This document shows positions 9,111 to 19,136 of a DNA stretch of 64,000 bases, in pieces. Source of the stretch: an uncultured Legionellales bacterium (GTDB taxonomy: Bacteria > Pseudomonadota > Gammaproteobacteria > CAZGQK01); assembly GCA_964527645.1 (NCBI GenBank), contig CAZGQK010000002.1, positions 24,022 through 88,021 of the forward strand, written 5' to 3'. Position 1 is the stretch's first letter, and each line of letters opens with the position of its first letter. The position numbers and the translations under genes were made by a program. Below the pieces are notes generated by a model. The model did no database searches, was not told the origin of the DNA, and saw nothing but the letters and a program-made list of their open reading frames with translations.

Positions 9111-10844
9111 ATGTTTAACTTGAGATCACAAACCAAAATAACCTCCGGCCAACAATGGTTTGATATCGCTGCCATCTCCCTGCTATGCCTGTGCCTATTC
9201 TGCTATTTACTCGGTGCTTACCCCCTCATTAACCCCGATGAGGCACGTTACAGTGAAATTGCGCGCGAAATGCTACTCAGCGGCAACTACATCACGCCAA
9301 CACTCAACGGCGTACCCTTTTTAGATAAACCACCACTTTTCTATTGGCTGCAAGCGGTTTGCCTGCATGTATTTGGTGTCTCTGAATGGTCGCTGCGCTT
9401 ATGGCCCGCCATCGCTGGCACGCTAGGGTGCTTGTTTTGCTATATCACCGGCAGCAAGCTTTTTAATCGCCGTGTTGGATGGACCAGCGCTATTATATTA
9501 GCCACTTCATTGCTTTACTTTTTAATTGCGCATTTTGCCTCGATGGATTTAACCGTCGCTGTTTTTATCAGCGGCGCTTTGTTTAGCTTTATGCTTGCCT
9601 GCCAAGACAGGCAAAAAATAAAAACCTCCTATATGCTGCTCGCCTACACTTTTGCCGGTTTAGCCGTGCTCACCAAAGGCTTAATCGGGCTCGCGCTGCC
9701 AACCATGGTGATCGGCTTGTGGATTTTATTTTTAAGAGACTTTTCGCTTCTCAAACGTATGCGCATCATCCCCGGCATACTAATTATACTTGCCATTAAT
9801 GTGCCATGGTATTATCTGGCGCAACATCAAAACCCCATCTTTTTACATTATTTTTTCTACGTACAACAATTCCAACGCTACCTAACCCAAAACTTTAACA
9901 ACAAAAATCCTCTCTGGACTTATCCCGTCACCCTGTTAGTTGGCACAGCGCCCTGGAGTATTTATTGCTTACATGCCTTTTTAAATCGATTAAAAAATAT
10001 TTGGCAAAGCTTATTTAATCATCGTTGGCAATTATTTTTATTGCTGTGGATTATTAGCATCACTACCTTCTTCTCAATTCCTGCCTCTAAAACACTCGGT
10101 TACATTATACCCGTTTTTCCTGCGATCGCTTTATTAACCGCGCAATTTATTGATGAAATCTATACCTACCACTTTAAAATCGCCAAATTTGACCATTTAA
10201 TTATGTGCTGCGCACTTGTACTAGCGAGCATAGCTACCTACGCCATCACTTTGTTGCACCCACTGCCCAGCTGGGCCATACCGGCACCACTGCATCTGTT
10301 GGCTATTGTGCTGCTCTTGTCTGCTATTATTTTGTTTTTGTGCCAACGTTTAAACCCCTACACGCCCATTGTTGTTGTCAGCCTAACTGGCGCGCTAAGT
10401 TTACTGATTCTTATGCATACACTGGCAAACCACGCAACACAATTGGGCGTTAAAACGCAAAAACCCATCGCTGCCAAAATTAACCAATACCTAAAGCCCA
10501 ACGACATCATCGTTAGTTATGAAAATTATTATTACGATATACCAATTTATACTGGTCACTACCTCGAAATTATGACCAACATGCGTGATAAAACTATACC
10601 CCTGCATGACAATTGGCAACGTGAATTTTTAGCAGGATTCAACCCCAATGATAAACAACACTTCATCAACGTCGCACAACTGCAAAAACTTTGGCGCAAA
10701 AATCAACGCATTTGGATCCTAGTTGACAAGAGCTGGATCAATAAAGTACGGCAACAACTTAATCCTCCTGTTTATTCTGTCATGCATTATCGCCATGTCG
10801 ATTTAATTACCAACAAACCTTTACCCCATATACAGAAACCGTAG
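9111..10844 (+). CDS. ArnT/PMT-like glycosyltransferase (GT39/GT83-type, lipid-carrier dependent), polytopic membrane protein
   Basis: N-terminal periplasmic-loop motif NPDEARYSEIAREM followed by LDKPPLFYWLQA. It has at least 10 hydrophobic segments and a soluble C-terminal domain. Confidence 0.8.
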   Translation: MFNLRSQTKITSGQQWFDIAAISLLCLCLFCYLLGAYPLINPDEARYSEIAREMLLSGNYITPTLNGVPFLDKPPLFYWLQAVCLHVFGVSEWSLRLWPAIAGTLGCLFCYITGSKLFNRRVGWTSAIILATSLLYFLIAHFASMDLTVAVFISGALFSFMLACQDRQKIKTSYMLLAYTFAGLAVLTKGLIGLALPTMVIGLWILFLRDFSLLKRMRIIPGILIILAINVPWYYLAQHQNPIFLHYFFYVQQFQRYLTQNFNNKNPLWTYPVTLLVGTAPWSIYCLHAFLNRLKNIWQSLFNHRWQLFLLLWIISITTFFSIPASKTLGYIIPVFPAIALLTAQFIDEIYTYHFKIAKFDHLIMCCALVLASIATYAITLLHPLPSWAIPAPLHLLAIVLLLSAIILFLCQRLNPYTPIVVVSLTGALSLLILMHTLANHATQLGVKTQKPIAAKINQYLKPNDIIVSYENYYYDIPIYTGHYLEIMTNMRDKTIPLHDNWQREFLAGFNPNDKQHFINVAQLQKLWRKNQRIWILVDKSWINKVRQQLNPPVYSVMHYRHVDLITNKPLPHIQKP

Positions 10845-10957
10845 AAAAATTTTTCAGATTGTGTTAAATTCGTCAAACTTCAGGGAGTGACGCACACGGC
10901 AAATTGCCGCACTGCTGTCACTGACAATAGTTTCTTACATTATAAAAGGATACCAGG

Positions 10958-11428
10958 ATGTTCAAAAAAATTATTCTTCCAATCGCCGCGTTAACCAGCT
11001 GCTTAATTTTAGCCACATCAAGCTACGCCATAGGCATGGGAACCTACGCTGGACTACAAGTTGGCCGCACCGATATTGATAGTCACTGGCAGGTGGGTGG
11101 CCGCATATCGGTGGGTTACAAATTCATGCAATATTTTGCCGCAGAAGGTGGCTATGCTGAATACCGCGATGGCAACAATACTCTTGACGGTGTAGCAAAA
11201 GGCATCTTCCCTTTTGGTAACGGTATGGCCATTTTCGCTACAGCTGGTCTTGCTTATGTCAACGACAAAGCTGGCTCGGGTGCTGGCATTACTTATGGTT
11301 TAGGTGCAAGCACCGATTTAAGCACTAACACCACCTTTAGCGTTGCCTGGAGAAAAATTAATAAAGCCTCCAACGCCCCTGCCATAAACTTTTTAAACAT
11401 TGGCATGGGTTATCATTTCAACAGTTAA
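10958..11428 (+). CDS. small outer-membrane beta-barrel protein (OmpA-like/OMP_b-brl type)
   Basis: Signal peptide ending SSYA. Alternating aromatic/Gly beta-strand pattern (GGRISVGYKF, AEGGYAEY, GLGASTDL, FLNIGMGYHF). Confidence 0.7.
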   Translation: MFKKIILPIAALTSCLILATSSYAIGMGTYAGLQVGRTDIDSHWQVGGRISVGYKFMQYFAAEGGYAEYRDGNNTLDGVAKGIFPFGNGMAIFATAGLAYVNDKAGSGAGITYGLGASTDLSTNTTFSVAWRKINKASNAPAINFLNIGMGYHFNS

Positions 11429-11453
11429 GCCAAACTAGGCTTTTCACATGGAG

Positions 11454-11483
11454 CAGCCGGCTTACACATTGCCTAGCCGGCTG
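11454..11483 (+). terminator. stem-loop downstream of the OMP gene (CAGCCGGC-N14-GCCGGCTG)
   Basis: Perfect 8-bp GC-rich stem with no clear U-tract. Confidence 0.35.
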
Positions 11484-11510
11484 TCACACGCAACCGAGCC
11501 TCCCTCACTT

Positions 11511-11518
11511 TGTATAAT
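11511..11518 (+). promoter_or_regulatory. extended -10 promoter element TGTATAAT upstream of the lipoprotein gene
   Basis: TGnTATAAT match ~90 nt upstream of the ATG at 11608. Confidence 0.3.
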
Positions 11519-11607
11519 TTTTACTCATCGACAATTTCCACACTAATGCAATTTACAACAAAATATGCTATTTTCTCTAGGTTTTTTACCAACAAACAGG
11601 AGTAGTC

Positions 11608-11865
11608 ATGAAAAGAATATTCATAAAAAGTGCCGCTTTGGCTGCCCTAGGAGGCAGTTTAGCTTTATTAAGTGCTTGCAGCCCAACACCACCACCCCCA
11701 GGACCAGGAAGTCCACGCTGGGTTTGTTCTTATCTTCAGGTACAAACTGGCCAAATTTACAGGCGCATGGCATTTCATAGATATCGAGCACGTCAAAATG
11801 CATTGTGGAAATGTAGGAGCCAGCGAAATGGGCGCTGCGTCTTTCGATTTTGCCGCGGAATATAG
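11608..11865 (+). CDS. small basic cysteine-containing lipoprotein (85 aa), unknown function
   Basis: Good SD (ACAGGAG). Lipobox LLSAC after a K/R-hydrophobic leader, then a Pro-rich linker PTPPPPGPG. The mature part is Arg-rich with 4 further Cys. A strong terminator follows. Confidence 0.6.
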   Translation: MKRIFIKSAALAALGGSLALLSACSPTPPPPGPGSPRWVCSYLQVQTGQIYRRMAFHRYRARQNALWKCRSQRNGRCVFRFCRGI

Positions 11866-11893
11866 TGCAATTTTGGCTTAGTAATTAAATTGC

Positions 11894-11934
11894 TAAAAAA
11901 AACCATCGTTAAAAATAAGCGATGGTTTTTTTTG
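11894..11934. terminator. bidirectional rho-independent terminator
   Basis: A9-AACCATCG-loop-CGATGGTT-T8, located between the convergent lipoprotein and AI-2E transporter genes. Confidence 0.8.
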
Positions 11935-12054
11935 AAATGGATTATTCCTAACTGTTATTAATTCATGAAAACAACGATCTGTACATTTTGTGCCATTGTT
12001 TGAAGATAAACTACCTTCCCGCAGCCTTGGCAGCGCACGCCAAAAAACTGGGGC

Positions 12055-13140
12055 TTAGGACGCCTGCTCGCCTGGCACTTCAGCCTTTGGCCATGCTTTC
12101 AAAACTGCGTGAATCAATGCTGCCAACGGGATGGAGAAAAATACACCCCAAAATCCCCAAAAAGCACCAAAAATAATTACCGAAAGAATAATCACAACGG
12201 GATGCAAGCCTAAGGTTTCTGAAAATAAAACGGGCACCAACACATTACCGTCTAATATCACAATAATCAGGTAGGTTATCATTAAATAAATAAAATGCGC
12301 CGACAACCCCCACTGCATTAAGCCAACCAGTATCACCGGAATTGTCACCAACACCACGCCGATGTACGGAATAATAACGGACAAACCAACCAATGAGCCT
12401 AATAACACCGCGTACTGCAAACCTAATACCGCAAAAGCAGAAGACGCTACCGTAGCAATTAAAATAATTTCTATGACACGCCCACGCACATAACTACCGA
12501 TTTGCTCATTAACTTCCAACCAAACAGAGCGCAGCAATGATCTATTGGCCGGCAAATAACCGGAAAACCAAGTCAATATAGCTGCTCTATCCTTCAACAT
12601 AAAAAATACTAAAATAGGCACTAAAATTAAATACAACACTACCGAAACCAAGCTAGAAATGCCCGCTAATGAAAAGGTTAGTAATACATGAGCAAATTTT
12701 GCCGCCTGCGCTTTAATCAAAACCAATAAGTGCTCCGACTGCAGGCCACTCAATTCCTGAGGATAGCGTGCAATGAGTTTATTCATAAATTGCTGCGATT
12801 CACTTAAAATACTGGGCAGCTGATGGATTAAAGTAGTTAATTGATGCCATAACAATGGCAACACACCAATAATAGCAAACACAAGCACGGCAACAAAAAA
12901 TATAAAAGTCAAAATAACGGCAAGCAAATGCGGTAATTTGCAACGCTGCAAAAGCCGCACCACTGATTGCAACAAATAGGCTACCACAACGCTGGTTAAA
13001 ATAGGCGCAAAAATATCACCAAAAAATTCGATGAAAATCACCCCCAATAACAGCACAAAAAACAAAGAAATCGCCGCTGGATCGGAAAAAGTCCGACGAA
13101 ACCATGCCGACATACTCTGTAACAACGGATTACTACTCAT
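12055..13140 (-). CDS. AI-2E family transporter (PerM/YhhT-like, UPF0118)
   Basis: Eight or so TM segments. Family-typical LVPILVFFMLKD, IPYIG, LDGNVLVP..LGLHPV and a C-terminal FSIPLAA segment. Start set at the Met at 13140, overlapping the ribH stop. Confidence 0.85.
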   Translation of the reverse strand: MSSNPLLQSMSAWFRRTFSDPAAISLFFVLLLGVIFIEFFGDIFAPILTSVVVAYLLQSVVRLLQRCKLPHLLAVILTFIFFVAVLVFAIIGVLPLLWHQLTTLIHQLPSILSESQQFMNKLIARYPQELSGLQSEHLLVLIKAQAAKFAHVLLTFSLAGISSLVSVVLYLILVPILVFFMLKDRAAILTWFSGYLPANRSLLRSVWLEVNEQIGSYVRGRVIEIILIATVASSAFAVLGLQYAVLLGSLVGLSVIIPYIGVVLVTIPVILVGLMQWGLSAHFIYLMITYLIIVILDGNVLVPVLFSETLGLHPVVIILSVIIFGAFWGFWGVFFSIPLAALIHAVLKAWPKAEVPGEQAS

Positions 13141-13597
13141 GACCCACACCCTCAGTTGCAAATTGCGACATCAATTGTACCATGTCTAATGCCGCATCGG
13201 CAGCATCGCTGCCTTTATGACCATGCGTACCACCAACACGATCCCAAGCTTGCGCCTTATTCTGTGTCGTCAACACGCCAAAAATCACCGGCAGATTATA
13301 ATCTAACGATACGCGCTGACAGCCCATACTCACCTGCTCACACACATAATCGTAATGATTCGTCTGCCCTTGAATCACCGCCCCCAAACAAATAATCGCC
13401 GACGCTTGCTGGTGGCGCGCTATTTGCTGCGCCAACAAAGGAATTTCCACCGCGCCTGGCACATGATAAATAGCTAGCTGTTGTGCGCCCACCCCTTTTT
13501 GTTGCAGCCGTGCAACACAACCCTGCAACAGTGCCTCACAAATATCAGCATTAAAACGACTGACCACAATAGCAAAGCGTGCTGGTACATGACTCAT
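13133..13597 (-). CDS. ribH: 6,7-dimethyl-8-ribityllumazine synthase
   Basis: 154 aa. FAIVVSRFN, HVPGAVEIPL, VICLGAVIQGQTNHYDYV and GVLT motifs typical of RibH. Confidence 0.93.
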   Translation of the reverse strand: MSHVPARFAIVVSRFNADICEALLQGCVARLQQKGVGAQQLAIYHVPGAVEIPLLAQQIARHQQASAIICLGAVIQGQTNHYDYVCEQVSMGCQRVSLDYNLPVIFGVLTTQNKAQAWDRVGGTHGHKGSDAADAALDMVQLMSQFATEGVGHE

Positions 13598-14826
13598 TGC
13601 GTTTTTACCTCATCATTATCAAACTTTAATAAATGTCCCATCTTTTTTTGCTTGGTGCGCAAATAATGAATATTTTTTTCACTCGGCTTCACTTGAATAG
13701 CCTCGCGCGAGACCACATTAATACCATAAAGCTGCAGGGCAGAAATTTTATCCGGATTATTAGTCAATAAACGCACATTGGCGACCTTTAAATTTCGTAA
13801 GATTTGAGCCGCTATCCAATAATCACGCTCATCGGCAGCAAAACCCAAATGTTGATTGGCTTGAACCGTATCCAATCCTTGCTCTTGCAAGGCATAGGCT
13901 TTAATTTTATTAACCAAACCGATACCGCGTCCCTCTTGGCGCATATACAATAACACGCCGCCAACGACAGAAATCTTTTGCAATGACTGTTCTAACTGCC
14001 AACCACAATCACAACGCATTGAACCAAACACATCGCCGGTTAAACATTCGGAATGCAAGCGCACCAAACAAGGCTCATCCGCCTTAATATCGCCAGCTAT
14101 TAAAGCAATGTGCTCACTGCCATCGATGCTATTGGAAAAAACTTTGCTGCGAAAATTTCCTAAATTTTGCAATGGGAGTCTAGTACTCGCTTCTTCTTTA
14201 ATTAATAGCTCATGTTGCACCCGATAGGTTAGCAAATCTTTAATCGGGCAAATGGTTAAATTGTGCTGCTTGGCGAACGCTTGCAAATCATCGGCACGCG
14301 CCATGGAGCCATCTGCATTCATAATTTCACAAATCACCGCCGCCGGTTTTAACCCTGATAAACGTGCTAAATCTATACTACCCTCGGTATGCCCCATACG
14401 CGCCAACACCCCGCCTTGCTGTGCTTGCAGTGGAAATATATGCCCCGGCATAACGATGTCTTGCGCCTGGCTTTGATTATTCACCGCCACTTGCACCGTG
14501 CGCGCACGATCGGCGGCTGAAATGCCCGTGGTAATACCTTTAGCAGCACCAATCGAAACACCAAAGGCGGTATTGAAATGCGCACGATTATTTTTCACCA
14601 TCGGTGGAATTTGCAAGCGCTCAAAATCTTCTGGCAACATTGGCAAGCAAATTAAACCACGGCCATATTGGCTCATAAAATTAATCGCTTCTGGCGTGAT
14701 TTTTTCTGCCCCAATAATTAAATCACCCTCATTTTCACGCGCGGCATCATCAACTAAAATAACCATTTTACCTTGACGCATGTCCGCTATAGCTTGTTTA
14801 ACCGCTGATAAAGCATTTGTCATCAT
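13594..14826 (-). CDS. ribBA: bifunctional 3,4-dihydroxy-2-butanone-4-phosphate synthase / GTP cyclohydrolase II
   Basis: DHBPS half (ENEGDLI, HTEGS). GCHII half (HSECLTGDVFGSMRCDCG, YMRQEGRGIGL). Confidence 0.95.
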   Translation of the reverse strand: MMTNALSAVKQAIADMRQGKMVILVDDAARENEGDLIIGAEKITPEAINFMSQYGRGLICLPMLPEDFERLQIPPMVKNNRAHFNTAFGVSIGAAKGITTGISAADRARTVQVAVNNQSQAQDIVMPGHIFPLQAQQGGVLARMGHTEGSIDLARLSGLKPAAVICEIMNADGSMARADDLQAFAKQHNLTICPIKDLLTYRVQHELLIKEEASTRLPLQNLGNFRSKVFSNSIDGSEHIALIAGDIKADEPCLVRLHSECLTGDVFGSMRCDCGWQLEQSLQKISVVGGVLLYMRQEGRGIGLVNKIKAYALQEQGLDTVQANQHLGFAADERDYWIAAQILRNLKVANVRLLTNNPDKISALQLYGINVVSREAIQVKPSEKNIHYLRTKQKKMGHLLKFDNDEVKTQ

Positions 14827-14840
14827 AGATACTCGCTGTT

Positions 14841-15914
14841 TTAATGATTTAATTCCAATTCACAAACCACATCATTACCCACTTGCTGCCAAGTCAACGC
14901 TTGCGTAGTCAAATCCAACGCCGCCGCAAAAGCACTGGTTGCTTGATCGCCTAAATATTTAGGCGCCACATACAATAAGGCGCGATTTAAAAATCCCGAA
15001 CGGTATAAAGAATAAAAACATTTACCCCCGGCTTCCACCCATAAATCGTGCACACCATCAGCACCAATCGCCGCTAAAATAGCTTGCCAGGCCAGCGCAC
15101 CATCGGCTTGCTCTACCATGACACATTTAACACCCTGCTGTTTTAATTGCGCCAATCGTTGTGCATCCGCTGCTTCGGCATGAAAAACGGTCAACGACTG
15201 CAGGCTACGTACCACTTGTGATGTCAACGGCAAGCGCAATTGACTGTCCAACACATAAAGGGGTTTTTGCGTCGTTTTTTCGCCAACACGCACATTCATC
15301 GCTGGATCGTCATTAATAATGGTATTAATCGTTGTCAAAAGGGCATCACTAGCACCACGGCGCTGATGCGTTAATTGTTGTAAATCACGGCCGGTAATAC
15401 CGAGCGGTTCACCTTGGTGACCCGCAATTTTGCCATCCAAACTCATCGCCAATTTTGCCGTGACCCATGGTTTTCCCGAGCGCCACCAATAACCATAGCT
15501 TTGATAAAAGCGCTTGATCTCGGCCAACTCTACTTGCTCACAAACAATACCTTTGGCTTGTAACTGTGCTACGCCCTGACCAGCAACCGCTGGATTCGGA
15601 TCTTTTAGCCCATAAACCACACGCGCAAGCTGTGCTTTGGCAAGCACATCCACACAAGGCGGTGTTTTTCCCCAATGACAACAAGGTTCAAGGGTCACGT
15701 ATAAAGTGGCGCCAGTTGCCGCTTCATCCAAAGAAGCCAGCGCCTCGACTTCCGCATGCACCTGCCCACAACCACGGTGATAACCCTGTCCCAAAACCCT
15801 ACCTTGCTTAACTACCACCGCTCCCACGGCTGGATTGGGCGCACAATGCCCCCGCCCCTGTGTGGCCAGCACTAGCGCTTGCTGTAAGAACATTTGATCA
15901 CCCGACATAATCAC
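14841..15914 (-). CDS. ribD: bifunctional diaminohydroxyphosphoribosylaminopyrimidine deaminase / 5-amino-6-(5-phosphoribosylamino)uracil reductase
   Basis: Deaminase motifs HAEVEAL and LEPCCHWGKTPPC, followed by a reductase domain. The true start may be one of the downstream Mets (MFLQQAL). Confidence 0.93.
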   Translation of the reverse strand: MIMSGDQMFLQQALVLATQGRGHCAPNPAVGAVVVKQGRVLGQGYHRGCGQVHAEVEALASLDEAATGATLYVTLEPCCHWGKTPPCVDVLAKAQLARVVYGLKDPNPAVAGQGVAQLQAKGIVCEQVELAEIKRFYQSYGYWWRSGKPWVTAKLAMSLDGKIAGHQGEPLGITGRDLQQLTHQRRGASDALLTTINTIINDDPAMNVRVGEKTTQKPLYVLDSQLRLPLTSQVVRSLQSLTVFHAEAADAQRLAQLKQQGVKCVMVEQADGALAWQAILAAIGADGVHDLWVEAGGKCFYSLYRSGFLNRALLYVAPKYLGDQATSAFAAALDLTTQALTWQQVGNDVVCELELNH

Positions 15915-16103
15915 ACCTTATATGTATGGTCGCGATGATAACAAATTGCCCTATGGGAGTACACGATAGGCAAAGGCAGGTTGGTTGGTTAATCCATTTA
16001 TGGACGAGGGCCAAACAAGTCACAGAATGGGGCAAATGCATACAAGCCACCTGCTGATAAGCAAATTTACATAACCACCGCAATCCATTAGTATCTCTCT
16101 TCT

Positions 16104-17384
16104 ATGGAGACAAAAAACTCGCCCAAAAAAACTTCAAAAATGAGCGTATTCAGCTGGTGCTTATACGATTGGGCGCACTCGGCCTTTCCTGTGATAATCA
16201 CCACTTTTGTTTTCTCAACCTATTTTACGCAAAAAGTAGCAGCCAACCCCATTATCGGCACCGCGCAGTGGGGCGATGCCATCGCCATCGCTGCACTTTT
16301 AACCGCGCTGCTCAGTCCTCTGTTAGGCGCCGTAGCGGACAACCACGGCCACCGCAAACCTTGGCTAGCCTTATTTGCCTTAATGTGCATTATCGGATCA
16401 GCTTTGCTGTGGTACGCCAAACCCAATCCGGATTACGTTCATTGGACACTATTTTTTGTCATCCTTGGCACTATGGGTTTGGAAATTGGTATGGTGTTTT
16501 ACAACTCCATGCTGCCCGATTTGGCACCGAAGGATTATATCGGACGTATCTCAGGCTGGGCATGGGGGTTAGGTTATTTTGGTGGCCTCAGTTGTCTTAT
16601 TATTGCGTTATATGTATTTGTTGAAGGCTCCACTCCTTGGTTGCCACTGAATCATGCGCAATCAGAGCAGATTCGTATTTGTGGACCTTTAGTGGCTGTT
16701 TGGTTTGCATTGTTTGGTTGGCCGGTATTTGTCTTTGTCCGTGATCGCCCCAATACCGGCCTTAGCTTAGGTCACTCCATGCGCAGAGGCTTAAAGCAGC
16801 TTCTCAATACGTTAGCGCAATTACCCAAGCATCGTGATATTTTAATTTTTCTTATTGCACACATGCTCTATATTGATGGTTTAAACACGTTATTTGCTTT
16901 TGGTGGTATTTATGCAGCGGGCACTTTTCATATGTCCTTTGATCAAGTCATTCAATTTGGCATTGGCATGAATGTGGCTGCTGGCATTGGTGCGGCTGGC
17001 TTTGCCTGGCTCGATGATTTCAAAGGCTCTACCCTTACCATTTTTATTTCTCTCATTATTATGATCAGCTCCGGCATTGGTTTATTAATTATTCATAGTC
17101 AATTATTATTTTGGATTTTAGGCATGGTCTTTAGCGTTTGCGTGGGTCCCGTGCAATCCGCCAGTCGCTCTTTAATGGCACGCATTGTGCCAAAAGATAT
17201 AACCACTGAAATGTTTGGCTTGTATGCTTTTTCTGGCAAAGCCACTGCATTTCTAGGTCCATTTATTTTGAGCATGTTAATCCTGACATTTAAAAGTCAA
17301 CGCATAGCCATGTCATCGGTTATCGCTCTGCTGTTCGCCGGCATGATTGTTTTATTTTTCATGCGCAGCAACAAAAAAACATAA
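16104..17384 (+). CDS. MFS transporter, UMF1/Atg22-like family
   Basis: N-terminal SWCLYDWAHSAF signature of the UMF1 family, with ~12 TM segments. Confidence 0.8.
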   Translation: METKNSPKKTSKMSVFSWCLYDWAHSAFPVIITTFVFSTYFTQKVAANPIIGTAQWGDAIAIAALLTALLSPLLGAVADNHGHRKPWLALFALMCIIGSALLWYAKPNPDYVHWTLFFVILGTMGLEIGMVFYNSMLPDLAPKDYIGRISGWAWGLGYFGGLSCLIIALYVFVEGSTPWLPLNHAQSEQIRICGPLVAVWFALFGWPVFVFVRDRPNTGLSLGHSMRRGLKQLLNTLAQLPKHRDILIFLIAHMLYIDGLNTLFAFGGIYAAGTFHMSFDQVIQFGIGMNVAAGIGAAGFAWLDDFKGSTLTIFISLIIMISSGIGLLIIHSQLLFWILGMVFSVCVGPVQSASRSLMARIVPKDITTEMFGLYAFSGKATAFLGPFILSMLILTFKSQRIAMSSVIALLFAGMIVLFFMRSNKKT

Positions 17385-17592
17385 CCTCCCAGAAGTTTCG
17401 CACTAGCAACGTGGGAACACCTGCCTCCTTTCCTCTCTCCTTGTAAGCCATAGCTCAAACCCTAAGCCCATAATCTCCCTTAAACCAAGCAACAACTCTC
17501 GCTACCGGTCATAGAGCAAACCCTATATAACATTAACTCAGGATTAAAGACGGCAAAAAGTAGCACAAGAACTCTATAAGGTAGAAATAAAG

Positions 17593-18864
17593 TTGAAAAA
17601 ACAATCCGTTATTCTTATTTACGCAAGTGTTGTTTTGGGCTGGCTACAGTACGCTAGCATTGGTTATCTAGCGCCAACGCTCGCTCAAGTTCTATTTCCA
17701 CAAGCCAACCCGCACTGGCTCGCCCTCATTAGCTGGACACTCATCATCAGCAGCTGCCTGGTTCCTGCCTGCGGAGCCTTAATATTTGGTTACCTAGCTG
17801 ACCGTTATGGACGATGCCGTATTTACCCAGTGACTATTTTATTATTAGGCGGTGCTTCTTTAGTAATTGGCTTATTACCAAACTACACACACATCGGCAT
17901 CATAGCGGCTATGTTGTTTTTGTTCTTTCATCTCATTCAATCTTTAAGCTTTGGCGGGCAAATCGATGCTAGCGGTGTCTTAGCACTTGAACAAAAAAGC
18001 CAAAACAACCAAATTCAACGGATTAACTGGGGCTGGTTTGCCGCAGGTCTTGGCTTAGCTGCCGGCGGACTATTCACTCACCTAGTCAGTCACCAACAAT
18101 TATTACAGTGGGGCTGGCGCTTACCCTTTTTACTTGGCGCACTGAGCGTAGTAACAGCATATCGCTTAAAATCTTTATTATCTGAAACAGAAGCATTTCG
18201 CAAATACCAAAATATACCGCGTATTAACCCCATAAAAGTATTACTACAAAACTATAAATCCAGCTTATTAAAAGCCATGCTTCTGTGCGGATTTATTGTC
18301 ATTAATCTCGGTATTTGTAGCTTTTATTATTACCACTTTCTTATTGAACACATGGATTTAACCCAGTCGCGCACACTGTGGATCACTGGCTTTGCGATTG
18401 GCTGGCTATTACTGTTGCTGCCGATTATGGCACGGGCTGCCGATCAAATCGGCAATACCACCATGATTTTAATTGGCTTAATTGGTATTGCCATCAACGC
18501 GCCGACCCTTTATTTACTCAGCAGCTCTACCTCTTTAACTATTGTTGCTTTTATACAAGTATTCTTCGCTATCTTTACCGCCAGCGCATGTGCCCCAATT
18601 TTTAAAATAATTTTAAATTTATTTCCTACACAAATTCGCTATACGGCAGTTATGCTTTCTTGGGCACTCAGCCTTTCACTGTTTGGCCGAAGCCTATATC
18701 GATTCGCCGACTATTTAATTCAATACTTCAATGATCCCTACGCACCGGCATTCTACGCCAGCGCCGCAGCCGTTATCGCCTTTTTGCTTATCTTGGCACA
18801 ACACTTAAACCGCACCTATCACATTACCGATGACAGCAGGAATCTGAGAAAAGAAAGAATTTAA
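17593..18864 (+). CDS. MFS transporter (metabolite:H+ symporter-like)
   Basis: TTG start. 12 hydrophobic segments. The GYLADRYGR loop between TM2 and TM3 is typical of MFS. Confidence 0.7.
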   Translation: MKKQSVILIYASVVLGWLQYASIGYLAPTLAQVLFPQANPHWLALISWTLIISSCLVPACGALIFGYLADRYGRCRIYPVTILLLGGASLVIGLLPNYTHIGIIAAMLFLFFHLIQSLSFGGQIDASGVLALEQKSQNNQIQRINWGWFAAGLGLAAGGLFTHLVSHQQLLQWGWRLPFLLGALSVVTAYRLKSLLSETEAFRKYQNIPRINPIKVLLQNYKSSLLKAMLLCGFIVINLGICSFYYYHFLIEHMDLTQSRTLWITGFAIGWLLLLLPIMARAADQIGNTTMILIGLIGIAINAPTLYLLSSSTSLTIVAFIQVFFAIFTASACAPIFKIILNLFPTQIRYTAVMLSWALSLSLFGRSLYRFADYLIQYFNDPYAPAFYASAAAVIAFLLILAQHLNRTYHITDDSRNLRKERI

Positions 18865-19008
18865 CCTTACGCGCACAATGATGATGCCATTGCTGGCTCA
18901 ACCAAACAGCTAAATCCCGCACATAAATTACAGCACGCACCCACCCTACTTGCCGCTTTATCTAGATACTTCCTTATAATTTCTGCATCTACCCAGGAGG
19001 CACAGACC

Positions 19009-19136
19009 GTGATCAAGTCGCGGGATGACGGTATAAAGGAACCAGCCGTGGTCAAGCCACGGTACGTGTTTTTAAAAAATAGCGCAACAAAGCCAGGGGG
19101 CAAAAGAACCCCTGAATCCCGTGGTCAAGCCACGGG
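19009..19136. repeat. cluster of REP/MITE-like short palindromic elements
   Basis: GTGATCAAGTCGCGGGATGACGG (19009-19032), CCGTGGTCAAGCCACGG (19046-19062) and CCCGTGGTCAAGCCACGGG (19118-19136). The same unit types recur at 41674-41862, 45001-45150 and 63627-63680. Confidence 0.8.

Noticed and set aside
15915-16103. FMN (RFN) riboswitch upstream of ribD.
   Set aside because: None of the conserved RFN core strings are visible on the minus strand. This needs a covariance-model scan to be definitive.
17385-17592. CT-rich intergenic tract (GGA-rich on the minus strand) sharing short strings (CACCTNCC, CCCT(T)AAACC) with the guaB-upstream candidate sRNA. Considered as a second Rsm-like RNA.
   Set aside because: The similarity is limited to a few short motifs. 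There is no convincing promoter or terminator on the minus strand, and the T7 run there is the reverse of the MFS gene's last Lys codons.
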